From Phoronis australis (Eukaryota > Animalia > Phoronida): a DNA stretch of 64,000 bases. Location: NCBI GenBank assembly GCA_002633005.1, contig NMRA01000135.1:652183-716182 (forward strand). The letters are read 5' to 3'. Within the stretch, counting starts at the first letter, position 1. Every line of letters begins with the position of its first letter. The translations under genes and the position numbers were made by a program. Below are positions 34,240-61,780 of the stretch, piece after piece. A model generated the notes under the pieces. That model searched no databases. It was not told where the DNA came from and saw nothing but the letters and a program-made list of their open reading frames with translations.

Positions 34240-37200
34240 TGGAAAGTCGTTGTATTTGTTGGTTTACTGTAATGAATGATGTGCGAACGGTGGTTCGAGG
34301 GTGAAAACTGGACATGATGTGTTGTCGTGCACTACAGGTTTATTCACACTCGACAGTTTTTCTGTTTGATTAGGTTTAAAACACGTCTACACAAGTCCAC
34401 TTGTCTTTTCCACAAGATGAGCAAAACCTGAGAATATACAGAGTACTGTGTGTGTCAATTGACCTTACAAACCTAATTGTCAGTAAAAAGCCAACCGTTG
34501 AACTGAATAAACAGTGAATTTTCCATTCTTTTCACCATCACTACCCCATTACGGTGACCGCAAGTGGAGCCGACTTTGAACAACGAATAAAACTAAAGCA
34601 CTGGGTCAACGACGGGGAACAACGCACTCATTGTTCAAAGTCAGTACAGCGCAACTCATTTTCTCCCTCGCTGAAGTCATGGAATGTATTTAGGTAAAAC
34701 ACTTATACACAACCGGACGAAGTTACTTAGTAGACTTGCAGTTCGATGTTTCGATGGTCCGTAACTCAAATCAACGCAGTGTTCAAATGGCACACACGAA
34801 GAACGCATCGGGAAAAACAGACTGAATTGAAGTATTGTTCAACTTAGTGGGGCTCTGCCACTGAAGCAAAAGTCTAACTGTTCACCAGAAATTTTAAGAT
34901 TTTAAATTTCTGTTGATGTAATATAGAGGTGGAGAATTAAGATGTATCGTTTCAGGTAGGAGCCAAAAGAACAAAACAAAGTACGGGATTTGATTTGTTA
35001 CAGCTTTATGTTAAGCCAAAAAAGCAAAGTTGGTTCAGGTTTGTGTTGTTTTGAAAATCAAATATTATGTTCCAGTTTGAATTGGCAATTACGGCTTGAC
35101 CTAATAACCCCTTCAAAAGCACATTTCGTTTTTGCTTACGACAAACGAAATTTTCGGATTATTGGTAAATGGGATTCTTGAAGTTATTAGCTTTGACAAA
35201 TCTTCGTGTTTTCACCGTTGTTGACCTCTCTGGCACGTCACCTGGTGGGAAGTTTGGAACTGCCATTCCAAACATGCTAGTACTCGTGCCATTGAAGTTG
35301 TAAACAGAAATTCTCCCATCTCACTCGTCTCAGATCGTGCTTTCCATCCTGATGATCACCCGTTTAGATTGTCCTCCACTTTTTCAGGCCTCGACTCTGT
35401 ATTCGAAAAACTGCTTGTGGAAAACAGATACATCAAAATGTGATTGATCTTACGTTGTTTTTCTTTTCTCTTTTACATTTACCAGTAACTACAAAAACAA
35501 CTCAAGATTGGAAACACCTTTTTGAAAAATAATTGACTAAAAATTTCGATTTCTGGTTCAAAACTTCATTTCATAGTAGGTAAAGAGGAGGCAAGAATTT
35601 TAATGGGCGTATTTGCTTTGCCAGTCCAAAGGACATTGAACTTAGTTTCTGCCTACTACGAACACCACTCCTCAATGTAAAGTACAGTCAGGTACTATAT
35701 ACGTTAAAAGAGGCCGGTATTTGACTACATTTGCTGGAAGACAATACAGTGCGAGACATGCCAGTCTCGCAGAAGCAGCTGTATTCTACATGGCAAGGAA
35801 ACTTAGCAGCCTCTGCCAAATTCTGGTCGCACAGCAATCGACTCCACACTCTACTATGATGGGAATAGCATCAAGATAACTCGATTGAGGACTTTGTTCA
35901 ATTCACACAAGCAAAACATACATTTTTGAATAAACAGTACGTGTGAACTTCAGGAATGGTAATAAAGACACATTGCGTGTATGTACTACGTAGTATTATC
36001 ACCATCACATTTGTGTACCCGGAAACTTTCAACAAAAAATGAAATACGATGTTTAATAACAAAAAATGATGACAATAACAACTGATACTTAAAAAGCATC
36101 GATAACAGCACCCCTTTTACGTGATATTTTGGTTTCCTATCACCAGGCAACTTCCGTTTCCAACGCAAACATAGCGAAAGCCGATTCCTGTACAGTAGCT
36201 GGTATCTGTGCAAAGCAAGGTAGTTCCAATTTCTCACATCCCCCTTTTCCATCCTGATGACAACCAGTCTCGCTATTCCGGAGACCGATGATCACACGTC
36301 ACGGGCGTGTCGCAAGTGTTTTAAAATGTTTTGGTACATGTATAACAAATGTGGGACTTGTTAGCCTCGTGAGTAGCCAGGATCTGCGTTTTCATAACTC
36401 CCACCGTCAGTGAATCGAAAACTGTCGACATCTTATCACTAAAGATTTGTACTGTAACTAATCATATTCTCCAGTGACCAGCATGTCATTCATCCAGATC
36501 GTTTTACATTAATTGTGTAGTAGTATTTTTTACAATAGCGACAAGTTCATTACCCAGGACTTCAGCCCCAATTGGTCTGAAATCTGTCATTTCAGAATGA
36601 ATTTTAATAACAAGGCTTGGAACGACCAATGACAAAAAGAATACAATTTTCCAGGAGACATCATTCTACAAATAGGCTTGTGTGACAGAAATGTTATTTG
36701 TGTTACAAAATTTAAATTCAAAAACGTTTTTGCATGAATAAAGTGAAAATAATTAAAATGACGAAGAGAAAACTGGAACTCAAATAAGAAGATATCGAAA
36801 CCAAAACAGAGGAAATCTCGTTAAGTGGAAAATTCCAAGCCCTATTATAATAAAGCTGCACTTCGTCCCCAATAGTCAATATTGAATTCTTAACCAACGA
36901 AGCGTTTCAATGGGATTCAAAAATATCACCACGCTCATCCGCTGACCAAGTCATAAAGGTGTATTATGACACCAACAGAGTGAGGCCAAGATGGTCTGCT
37001 AGATAGTACCTAATGGAGCTTTAACAAATCAAATAAAAATATACATCTACGCTCGTATTAGTGTTGACGCAGGGTTATTCAACAATTGGTAACCAAAAGC
37101 GCGTAGTTTAACTTAGTCCAAAGGTGGACCTTAAGCTCAAATGAGATTTGAACGCCAGTTCCTATTAATGTCAGGACTTCCGTGTTTCTAGGAGCGGTGT

Positions 37201-37346
37201 CGGCCACTGGGAAGGCTTAAATTCAGTCTTGGAGCGAAGTTAACAACTCATATTTACTTGGCAGTAAACAGGTGGATTTAAAAGCGAAGTGTTTCCGCCT
37301 CGCTGCAGCGGGAATGTCAAGCCGCGTCGTCTCACTATTGCTGCTG

Positions 37347-37575
37347 TGCGTGAACTTGGAATCTTGCTTAACCTCAAGATCACGTATGCCTGTACTTGGA
37401 ATACATGATGAAACTTAGCAAGTTACCCTAAAGGAGAAAATGAGTGATCATAAGTCCAATAATTACAAAAATTCTTTGCACTGAACAAAAAATTTCAACT
37501 GATTCCCAAATTTATGTTAAATTCCAAGTTCAGCATACGCGTTCTTGAGATTAAGCAGGATTCGGAGTTCACGCA
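37347..37575. mobile_element. MITE with long imperfect TIRs
   Basis: TGCGTGAACTTGGAATCTTGCTTAACCTCAAGA...CTTGGAAT versus ATTCCAAG...TCTTGAGATTAAGCAGGATTCGGAGTTCACGCA. Confidence 0.8.
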
Positions 37576-38443
37576 AAGCATTGCAACTTATAGAGGTCTA
37601 TAGTTGCGACATCTTGCGATGACGAGAGCGCCACCTATAGTCAGAACTCCAATGACAGTTTACCACAACTATGGAAACAATGATGGTGCATTCCGTTATT
37701 CAGTTTTCAATGCGCGAAACAAAATTTTAACATGGTTTTCTTCAATATCCTTTGAAAACATCCCACTTCAAATTACAATCGAATTCCTTTCAACATCTAA
37801 TTTTCAGTTTGTAGAACGAAAATTGAAAATTCAATACTATACCATCTGGTAAACACCATTCCTCCACTGGAAATTCCATAGGTAAATAAGGAAGTTCCAA
37901 ATATCTTACCCACAAGATGCATGTCCAAAAGCAGTTCGAAGTACAGAGGCCAGGCCCTAAGGTATCTACCTCACCTTTTGTGAGCACTGCTCGTGTTTAC
38001 GAATCAGTGAACTGAGTTTACAGATCCACCACCCACTAACACCATCCAGCCCTGTTGTTCAGCTACACCGGAGCCTTGATAATGCAACCACAATGAAAGT
38101 TTTGCTTAACAGCACATCATTAACAGCTGCTTTACAATGGCCCTGACCACTGGAACCCGTGTCAATAAGTCGAGAAAAATGTGTCGATTGTTCGACTCCT
38201 CTAAAAAATTGCAGCAGCAACTTCACACATTGTATCACTGTACTGGTGTGTGGAAGCTTCTTCATTTTAAGTACAGGAAACGAAATATTCCGTTTTTAAT
38301 TATTACAAAAAAACATTTATTCACAATACAAAAGAAGTGTGTTCAATACAACAGGTTAACCCTCTCCACGGGGTCTCCAACTCATACGAGGTCCTGCAGT
38401 CTTCACCTCCTATACACATTTTAAACAGTGTTCGTGGCACTTC

Positions 38444-41400
38444 CTAACTTTCTACATTTTGAATCACAGTGATATTGTCCCCTTTAAGCATGATCCGTCC
38501 TGCAAAAGACAGAAAAGAAAACGAATAAGTCGCAATAAACTTGGATTTTAAATAAGAAATTTTCAATGTCAAGTTTGAATCGAATCAATAGCTAACTGGT
38601 CTCCTAGCTCATCACTCAAGAGTTTGAATCATTTCTGGACTAGAAAGAAGTGATCTGGCTGAACACTAGATGGGGGTACTACTGAGACTAACATCCAATG
38701 CAATACAGTGGTACTTGAATGACTTTGCCAGTTCCACCGGATCAACTGGCTACAACATCAGATTAACCTCTATGCAGGAAATGGCCATCGAGAACTAATT
38801 GGATGTCTAAGCTGGACAGAATAGTCAAACCAATGGAGCTCCACCACAGGAAGTCAATTGTCAAAAAAATGTGCTGTGGCAAACAAAAAAAAACAGTTGA
38901 ACACACTTAACTCTGTCCCTGTGAAGTAGTTGTGGGAATCGGACCGATTTTCATGAACAACAATCGGATAGGGCCAAGAAATTGATCATTGATTATAATT
39001 GATGATTGGACTAAGGAACTGCATTGAAACTCTGCATTGTGTCAACTTCATATAAACCACAGTACCTAATGATTTCCTATTCTTGGTCTTCATGTGAACT
39101 TCTTCAGCTTCATCTAACACCAGGTTCATGTATTCGTCAAAACCCTGAAACGAGGGAGAGCACGGGTCATCGAGGTGAAACACCGACATGTGGTTCTATT
39201 CAACTACAGCCTTTCAACACAACCACCAACGCAGTTGATTTCATCAGGGCTTGGAATGACCAATGGCGAAAAACGCGGAAATTTTTACGGCCCGAAACAT
39301 GCGCAGCCAGCCTTGAAAAAGTCGGTGTGGACCTTTTGCCGACCTAAATCGAGAGGACTAAAAAAAAAAAAAAACGGTACCACCTCCGGAAGCGTGCGTC
39401 TGCGTCTGTCTTAGCTCGTCTGCCACTCCCACCTCCAAGCATTTTTGGCTACAGAGTCGTAGTATTTGTCACCGCGGTTTACAATCACACGAGCCGCCAT
39501 TGAGGAAATCCACCATGCTATCCCAGATGCCCCGGCAATGTTGACAATTTACGTTCCTCCGAAACATAAAGAGCAACTTCCGCTTTTCGAGGTGAAAGTC
39601 GTCGGCAACGCGGCGGTAAGAAAGACATTTGCCGCGGAAATTTTATATCAAATCCGATTCTTTTTACGCGAAAATATAATAAAATACGCGGAAAGAACAT
39701 TTGAAAAAAGCGGAAATCCGCGTTTCCGCGGAAAATTCCAAGCCCTGTTTCATGCACAGCGCTGATGACGTTTTTGCAAAAGATGTCAGCTCGTATACAT
39801 CCGGTGATATCATATAATGTGGTGGTGGGCAAACACTTAAGTTGGAAACCAACACTTGCCACTTGCGTGCACAGAATTGAAAGCATATGTTCACTACAAC
39901 ATGTATTTTGGTGCGATTAAGATGAAGCGAGTTACCCATTCACAAGGTATCTGTGAATTGTGATGTCAACAGCTGTTTTGTGATTAAAGCCTGACCTAAT
40001 TAGCACCATGTGGCTCACTCCATAAACTTGATGACAAACAAATAACACTCTGCGCCTATGTAACACAATCCCTGAATTCAATGCCAAGAGATTTGTTAGC
40101 GGACTAAACTGGGTTACAAAAGAATGGTGATGCTGTTGTTTCAAAGGTACTTGTAGCCAAGACAGAGTCAGAATAAGTCTACTGCACATGTGACCCTGCA
40201 TTCTTAGGGCGAAACGCTTTAACACCGGGTGTTAAGGCTATGGACGTCTTTATCGACTTGTCTGTACATTTAGCCAAACACCTACAAAAGTACAGGATTT
40301 TACGTTTTGAAAATGTTTCCGAGAACAGAGCGAGTAAAGCTTATTAGCATAATATGTGATTCACGTGAATCCATTCAGCCACTTCTGAGATACAGTGTTC
40401 TTAAGTTTGCAGAATTGAACACTTTTCTTAGCTTGGCCGTAACTCATACTCATATCCTAATGACCATCTCCACAAACCACTGTGAGCCAGTAAAACCCAA
40501 ATTAAATATGACTGTACTATCTATCAAACTAGTAAGGGCTGTTCCAGCAAAATCTGTATGGGGGGAGGCACTTTTATTTCGTACCCACCACCCATATTTT
40601 TCATTTATTTCTCCAACCCATGACCCATAATTTTTTAATTATTTTTAATAGGTTAAAATATAAAATCCAACACTTGCAAACAAATTGCCTCCAGGAGGAC
40701 CTGTTAAGAACTTAGATGATTGACAGCCAAGAACTAGTTGTCTTGTCCAATATTGTCAAAAACTAAAGTAGCCTGTGAGCAATACTTTTGGCACCCACCA
40801 GGTGTTTCTGTTCACCATGTGTCCAAAATTTCAATGAACATTTTTTCAATTATAAGGATCTATGAATCTCAAACTGTCTCCACGAACTCTTTTATACTTC
40901 TATGTCAAGTGAATATTGGAGCTTGTTTATCTTACTCCTCATACTTTTTATTTAAAAATCATCAATTTTCTTATATTTGTTAACACCAGTTTAGTGTTGC
41001 ATAACTTTTCAATTCAATAGGACTGCAGACCAACAGTTGGCTCAAATCAAGTTGCCCCTGACTTCATTAAAGGCTTAGTGAACATATTGCACTCTGTTCA
41101 CTGGCAATATGGGCTTTTTTGTGTTGGGATAAGTTAGGATAAATGCCAATTGCATTTTTTTGAGTTTTGACAGCTGAAGTAACCAACCTGTCAACATTAA
41201 CAGGTAAAAAATACCACCCATTTTTAATGCATCACTTCTTACAGGAACGACCACCCATAATTTGAGTTTTTTTCTGAAGACCACCACCCATGAATTTTTA
41301 TTTCTACTGCTGTCCCCCCCTCCCACACAGATTTTACTGGAACAGCCCTAATCCATTTGACTGGCCGTAATGATCCCATATCTACTTACCACAATGCAAC

Positions 41401-44197
41401 CTTCTATGCGCATGTTAGTCTGCTCATACAACCAGATCTGTACTCGGGATCTCTGTAGAAACACGGATGAAAAATATTTGACATGTGCCTAAGTCACACC
41501 GCATTGTCTCTATGGCTTTTGCCAGTTTTCGAATCGGAAAGCAGACTATCTTCAATTTGACATTCTTTGGGTGTACGTTAGATTGCAACAATTTACATTG
41601 ATAATGGACATAAATTATGGTCATTCAGACCAAAAGTGCAATCTTAAGCTTACTCCGTAGCAGACTAACTTTCGGTCTTAGCTTAGACCAAGTTAGGTCT
41701 TAATTTTGGTTTTAAGAGATTTCATGGAACGGAACCAAGACATTTCACTCTAAGTTAAGACAAAAAATTTCATGAAACTGGTCCCACAGTGCTTGGTTGT
41801 GCCTCAAGAAATGTGTACTCAACTATAGGCTGAACAGGCCCCTACAAAATGCAGAACTTGAAACTGCCACGGTTACAAGAAATGCTGCATGACATTTCCT
41901 TTTAGAGTTCAAGAATAGACCATACATAGTGATCAAACTTCAGACATGGCCACGGAATTCAGTAGCACCGTGATGGAATCTGGTGCCTGTAGGTTACAGT
42001 GTAACAATATACATCATTTCAAGCGTGGGTGTGAAGTTTAGAAGAGCAGCTTTGGGGATTTGTACCTTGGATTTTGGTGTGTATTGGACCATGACTGAGG
42101 TTTAGAGGATCATAGCTGTAACTGAGTTGAGGCCATAGAAATGTCTCCACTCCCTGGATATGCAACCACACAAGTACTTTATAGCGGTATTTACTTCAAC
42201 CAAACACTGCCGAACCTGGTTTCATCCCAGACAATACTAAACAGTTAAAATAATAACATGAGCAATTATTGTAACAAGAAACAAATGAAGAAGAACAAGC
42301 ATACTTACATTTTGGAGGTACCTGAAGATTAAGTTCTGGTACGGAAAGTTAAGGAAACCAAGACATTCTTCTTGTCTAAGGATTTACCAAAAATTAACGA
42401 CAGAATGAAAAAGGATTAAGGTGCTTGTGCCATCTGATAGTGTATGTTCTTCCAAGGAAAATTAACCACCTCAGTTGCCACCATGATCACCATCCCTCAT
42501 TATGGACTGCTTGGAGCAGACTTTGTGGTTTTACATCAGCATTCCATGCATAGCTAAACACTAAATCCCATTTGGCGACCTGGCAAAAATCGCAGGTCGC
42601 CAAACGAAACCTGAGGTCGCCAAAACTGAAAATCCGAGGCGACTAAATGAAACCTGAGGGTTGGTGATCCCAGGTGAATATTGTCGACTAAAAAAGGCGT
42701 ACTGTTGTAACCATGGCCCATATATTACCACACTCATTTCCTCCTGCCAACGAACGATCATAGATGACCACACGAACTGATGGCACAAATTTCACCAATC
42801 TTGCCAGATTTTTGCTGAACAATTCGGAGTTCTATCGGTTTACTTCCCGTTGTCCTTTAAACGCGTGTTTCATGTGAGCTGACTGCTGTTGTGGCAAATG
42901 CACTGCTTTCATGATATAAATAGAACAAATCAAAGGTAGAAAATCAACTGTTTAATAATAATTTAAATTTTAGAAGTCAAGACGAAATTTGAAATGAATT
43001 TAGAGGGAATTATTGTCTGTCTTTTGATACTAACAATGGTGACTTCATGGCAACTTGAAATTTTTCCTAGGTCGTAAAACACAATCTGAGATAGCATTGG
43101 TGACCTGCATGTCGCCAAACGGAACGCTGGACATAGACAAGCCCAAGTAGCAGGGGTGTCACGTAGCGAACTGCCGCAGTGCTAAATTTGGCAACCTGCA
43201 GCTCACCAACTGTGACTTCAGATTGTGTTTGGCGACTTGGGAAAAAAATCTCTAGTCTCCACAGGGAGTATCATCAGATAATAATTCACTCGAAATACGT
43301 TTCAAAATTTGTGGTAACATTCAAACTTTAATAACAGTTTTTTTTCTTCAAGATTTAATACCTTTATTTCGTTAAATCAGTGCATTTGCGACCTACAGTG
43401 AGCACATATATGTAATTTTAATATATAAAAATAATTGCAGGCGGTCTGATACACGTTGTACCAGACGTGCGCAGGCCTCGCATGTGGGCCCATTGCACTG
43501 ATCACCTGGAAATATTTTTATGCTTTATTGATATATGGTTAAAACCGAGCTGAGGAGCTAGAAACCTGGCTCAAGGGTTTAGCAGTGTGACATGGTGGGA
43601 CTTGAACCCACGACCTCGAGTAAAGAAAGCGGGCACTTATCAACCAGGCCACACTGCCTCCTCCGCACATATGTAACATGCGGTTACAGTACAACAGGAA
43701 GTAAACAGACAATAATCGGACTTCTTTGCCAAAAATCGGGCAAGGTCATACCATGAAACATGCACGTCCAATGTTTCTGAGTGCGAGTTCTCCACTGGTA
43801 AGAAGAATTCATATTCACGGGATAAATGAAGAGACATGCATAATTTCATTATAATGTCAACATCAACAATGGCACGTTTTTTTGTCCTTCTTTCCGAAAT
43901 CAGTTTTGGCGACCATTTTCACTCTGCAAATTTTTGCAAAGTCGCACTGGTCAAGTTGGCCTTAAACTAAGCGTCGAGCACTGTCAGGGCTTCACACTCA
44001 ATATTTAGCTTCACTCAGGCCTCCAGCACGTAGCTGACTTTATATAAAGCGCTAACACGGCTAACAGTCAAGTTCCTGGCACTGGTCTCACACACACACC
44101 GCACATTGCACTAGAAAATTATAAACCACGCATACACCAAAAAGGATACAATAGGTTGCACCATAACCTTCTGTACTTTTCCTCCCTTGTAAGCCAT
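38444..44197 (-). CDS. SNRPE: Small nuclear ribonucleoprotein E (SmE), 90 aa
   Basis: Exons 44197-44150, 42335-42309, 41452-41390, 39144-39066 and 38499-38444 (273 nt): [96 protein letters not shown] on - at about 38316-38321. Confidence 0.98.
39245..39746. mobile_element. hAT-like non-autonomous element in SNRPE intron 3
   Basis: TIR CAGGGCTTGGAAT / ATTCCAAGCCCTG, subterminal GCGGAAA repeats and near-duplicated flanks (ATTTCAT / TTTTCAT); an end fragment also lies at about 36825-36843. Confidence 0.75.
40536..41348. mobile_element. PIF/Harbinger-like MITE, TAA TSD
   Basis: TAA-GGGCTGTTCCAGCAAAATCTGT ... ACAGATTTTACTGGAACAGCCC-TAA. Confidence 0.85.
42565..43250. repeat. Degenerate transposon-like repeat rich in GTCGCCAA/TTGGCGAC motifs
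   Basis: Many copies of the motif in both orientations inside SNRPE intron 1. Confidence 0.5.
43426..43537. mobile_element. MITE copy matching 8866-8977
   Basis: Near-identical sequence to 8866-8977. Confidence 0.8.
43545..43660 (-). mobile_element. tRNA-derived SINE
   Basis: Minus strand GGCAGTGTGGCCTGGTTGATAAG...GTGGGTTCAAGTCCCACC (A and B boxes), unpaired anticodon arm, followed by a CCCTTGAGC core-like body. Confidence 0.65.
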
Positions 44198-46008
44198 CTT
44201 TTTATGAGTTAAAACCCAAACAATGGAATTTCGGCAAACTACTTGCCGTAGACAAAAATAAGCCAATACACCAATATGGCGGAAAACGCATGGATAGTGA
44301 TTACCAGGTCTACTAAAAAGATTTTTCAAACAAAATGATTAGCTACAAAAACTTTAAATACTACATATTCTACAGTAATATAACAAAATAAACCATTTAT
44401 TGAATATTTAGAAGTCTTATTGCTAAAAAATCTGTGTTATTGTTGATTAAACAAGGGAATCATAAGAGTTGTTCTTATTGAATATCAGTATGTGTAGACA
44501 TGTTATCAATCTCACATTGTTGGCCCTCTGTCGGCGGGTATTTGTTTTGAATTTTTCTGAAGAATTGAGCAGTCGACACTGGCGTAGCGGTGGAGTACAA
44601 TGGTTCGTAATGAATATACATGCTATTGACCAGTGTTCAAGTGATTAGTGTGGATTTTTGATTCACGTGTGATCCCTGATCTGATTAGCCCTAATTCTGG
44701 TTTACGAAATCAGGAACCACCCAGACACAGCCATGCCCCGCATGGACACTGTCAGTGTCAGTGTCACCCAGTGACAGACTGACAGTGATAGTGTCACTCA
44801 GACACTGGCCAGACACCTATCATATCCAGGCTCATAAGTCAAAGCACAGGCATAGCCTACCAGCCTTCGTACATGCTGCTGGCTGCGTAGGCCACAGGCT
44901 GCCTCACACAGTTATGTACTACAGTGTCTGTAGACAAGTACTGTGGTCTCTCAACTGAACTATGAAGCGCATTGGGTTCTTAAATGAGTAGTTTTCTGGC
45001 AGTTTGGGCATGCCATAGTGCTAGGCGTACAGTGTGTATTAAATAAGAGCTTAGTCATAATTCAGCCATTGATTAAGTAATAGTACTCATTGGATAAGAA
45101 CATTTCAACATCCAGAAAGGTTTAAGCACCCTTTGGGGCTTCATACTCAACTGGCTCGATAGGCCCTCCATATGCTAGAGGCTTTTCAGCGCATTATGCC
45201 TTACGCTGATTAAACCATCCTTTTGCGCAGTAGAGGGACACTTTAGGAGGCTGTTGGTGTGTTTAACTCTTTTTAGCTCAAACAAACACGTCAATTTATT
45301 GTTACAAATAGTCCTTCATTCAGTTGCCCAATTGGCAACTAGTCATTTTCCCACTGCTTGCGCTAGGAAATATGATGTCATAGCACCAGCACTGCTTTCG
45401 TATTAAGTCATTGGGAGACCAAAATAGGAATTCATCATTTGTAGAAGATGAGATGTATGCTGCACATCTATTTCAATTTACTTGAAGCTTAATTGGCTCA
45501 TTTTGAGCTTATGTCTTGGTGGGGCTTATATGGGATACACTTAATTTTCAAAACATGTTGACAATACTTTCCCTCATTAAAAATCAGCGAAAGTTCCATA
45601 CAAAAATTTTTGCAAATGAGTTTTCAAATGATATAGTGATGTTCTTGTTTGGTTGCCTTAAGTCCGACAGTGCAGTAAAGTTTTTTTCAATGTAGTACAC
45701 GATATAGTGGAACAGTAAAATTTTGTTTCATTTACATTTTCAACAACAGTAAACAAGAAGACAAATTTTCTTGATTATTTTAAAGCTTTATATAGTATGG
45801 CTGCCCTCAAGAAACGCGCGATGAAATTTTGAACATTTATATTGAGCATTTGAAAAATGATGAATGACAAATTGGTCGTTATTTTTGTTTGAATTGAAAG
45901 CAACATCACTAGTACTGAACTGAACTTTTAAATGAAAAAAGAAAATAAATCTAAATAATGACCTACCTTATTCTCATTTCAGCACTGATTGACTGACCCC
46001 GACTAAAT

Positions 46009-59651
<13,643 letters not shown>

Positions 59652-60907
59652 TGATCCAAATGTCGGTGGTGTTGAAAATATTTGGAGTAGCGGCAACAGC
59701 AGCAAGTTAGGATTGTTCAAAATAAAGTCATTCCATGACCACATTTTTAATTATTATTGTCTTCATGAGTTTATTGGTGTTAAAAACATTCCTGTATTCT
59801 GATTGGTCAAGTGAGCCACTGAGTAATTGTTTTAAGAGTGAAATGTATCTGGATGTAATTTAATATTTAATATTGTAATTGCATTTAGATCATGTTTATG
59901 AGTCAATGTTGAGTTCTTAACCAAGAAGCACTTCGGTCTTTAAAACATTATCACACTCCTCTTATCTTGAATTGTTGCCAAATGAGCCGCGGACATTTAG
60001 ACAATTTTATTAAGNCGAGTACCTGATGGTTTTGATTTTCTTGTTAGTAATGGAAACAGATTCCTATCATGTTAAGGAATATTATAAGACCACGTTTATT
60101 GGAGTTAGTCTTAATTAATTTTCATTTTAGCCAGTTAAGTAGTAAAAGAAATGCAGATTTGATAATAGTACATTTCAGGATCATGGTAAATGCATTATGG
60201 TCTCCTCTAGTATTGTGTAAAGTTCCATTTTACACTAATTAGGTAAAGCTTTATTAGCAAACTTTAACTCGAATAAATCAATATAAGAGTGATGCATCTT
60301 CCAGCTGAATCAATCATTGAACTCCACTCAGTCCTTGGTGCTATTGTGTAAAAATAGGAAGGCTAACTTGGGAGTGTTAAAAAATCAAAGCAAAGGGTTT
60401 CGTCCTAAAGCATGTATCCAAAACTGAATTTTAAAGATGGCAAGGCGTTAATATCGCAGGCTAAGATCCTGGTTTTCAGGTGTTCATTCTGCTAGAGACT
60501 TGTGCATTCGCTGTGACCATGTGTGGTGTACTGCGTTATTTGTGTTGAATGCAGTTTCTATGAGCTTTGGTTAGTTCTTAGACACAAAGCATGTCTTTGC
60601 TTTGACTGGTTTGTGAAACTAGACCTCAGTTTATGTATTTCATTAACTATTAGAATGCTAAAATAATTCTTAAACTGGTGTGGATATGTGTATCACAAAC
60701 ATATTACTTTATGTCTGGTCAGCACGCCACCTGTGGTCTCATCATGAGACTTGATGAATGTAAGCCTGAAAAGATTTCTGGGACAGACTTAAAAATGTTT
60801 AAGATATGCACTTCCATGCCATTTTAAGAATAACAACTATTTATATGCACTCAGAGGAGTTCAGATGCCCATTATTATGCCTGACTGGATTTCTGCATTC
60901 AACCAGT

Positions 60908-60990
60908 GGTCCCAATGGCTCAGTGGACTAGAGTGTCTGCACGGTTAGCTGACGGTCCCGAGTTTGAGTGCCAGTTGAGGCAGAAATCTT
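60908..60990 (+). mobile_element. Degenerate tRNA-derived SINE head
   Basis: A box TGGCTCAGTGG and a degenerate GAGTTTGAGTGCC B box. Confidence 0.5.
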
Positions 60991-61752
60991 TTCACACGTA
61001 TATTCATCAGGTCATGTGATGTGCTGACCAGACTAAAAAATTTTTTGCAGTAACAAAATGCTTCTGCAATTTATAAGTTTTTATAAAGTAGCTTTTTCTG
61101 AGTAGTATCCGATTTTAAATTAAAATTAATTGAAATCAATATTGCAGCCTGCCTGATTTTCCAAAAAAAATTAAGCACTATTTATTGTAATGAATAAGAG
61201 TGATGTTTTTATTATAATTCTTGTTTAACCTGAATTGTTACATTCCAAAGTATTTAACATTGACCTGTGCTGCGTGGTAATCTAATTATTGTTTTTGACT
61301 GGATAATTTTAATTGTTTTAGTCACTGAATTGGAGTTTTTGTATTTATTTTTAACTACAAATTAAAGCAACTGAAATATACAATTTGTTTCTACAGGCAT
61401 GTTCTTGTCTTTGTATGGCATTGCAATCGTTACACCTGAACTACTTAGTAAACAATTTATACCTTACTCTGCAACGTACTTGAATCTGGATTTTTTGTTG
61501 CTTGGTCTGATCAATGCTTGACAGCGCTGATCATGGTTAGATCATAAGGGCCTTTATGGAAACAGGTAATGAGAGCTTTTCCAGACATTAGGCTCAGTTC
61601 ATGACTGTAAGTAATGTCCAATCCAGTCTTGTTAACAACTTATCTCATTGATCCTGTTTGGTGTAACCTTTGTTCACTTGGTGTCGCTGTTATCATTATG
61701 CTGCAGCTGATAAGATAAGGCATGGTTGACCTGTGCTCACCTTAAGTTGCAC

Positions 61753-61780
61753 CATAGATACTCGTAAAGTATAGTCTATG
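61753..61780. mobile_element. 28-bp micro-element CATAGA...TCTATG with 7-bp TSD GTTGCAC
   Basis: GTTGCAC at 61746-61752 and 61781-61787 flanks a short palindrome. Confidence 0.7.

Larger units (their letters stand above)
42336..44149 (-). other. U12-type (minor spliceosome) GT-AG intron 1 of SNRPE
   Basis: 5' splice site GTATCCTTT; branch point TTCCTTAAC (42356-42348) 12 nt upstream of the exon 2 boundary. Confidence 0.95.

Noticed and set aside
39466-39939. ORFs in SNRPE intron 3 as a transposase
   Set aside because: Short, no DDE or zinc-finger motifs; they are MITE interior and flanking intron.
43590-43660. tRNA gene (also considered at 5148, 17488 and 60908)
   Set aside because: A and B boxes are present but the anticodon and acceptor stems do not pair; better explained as SINE heads.
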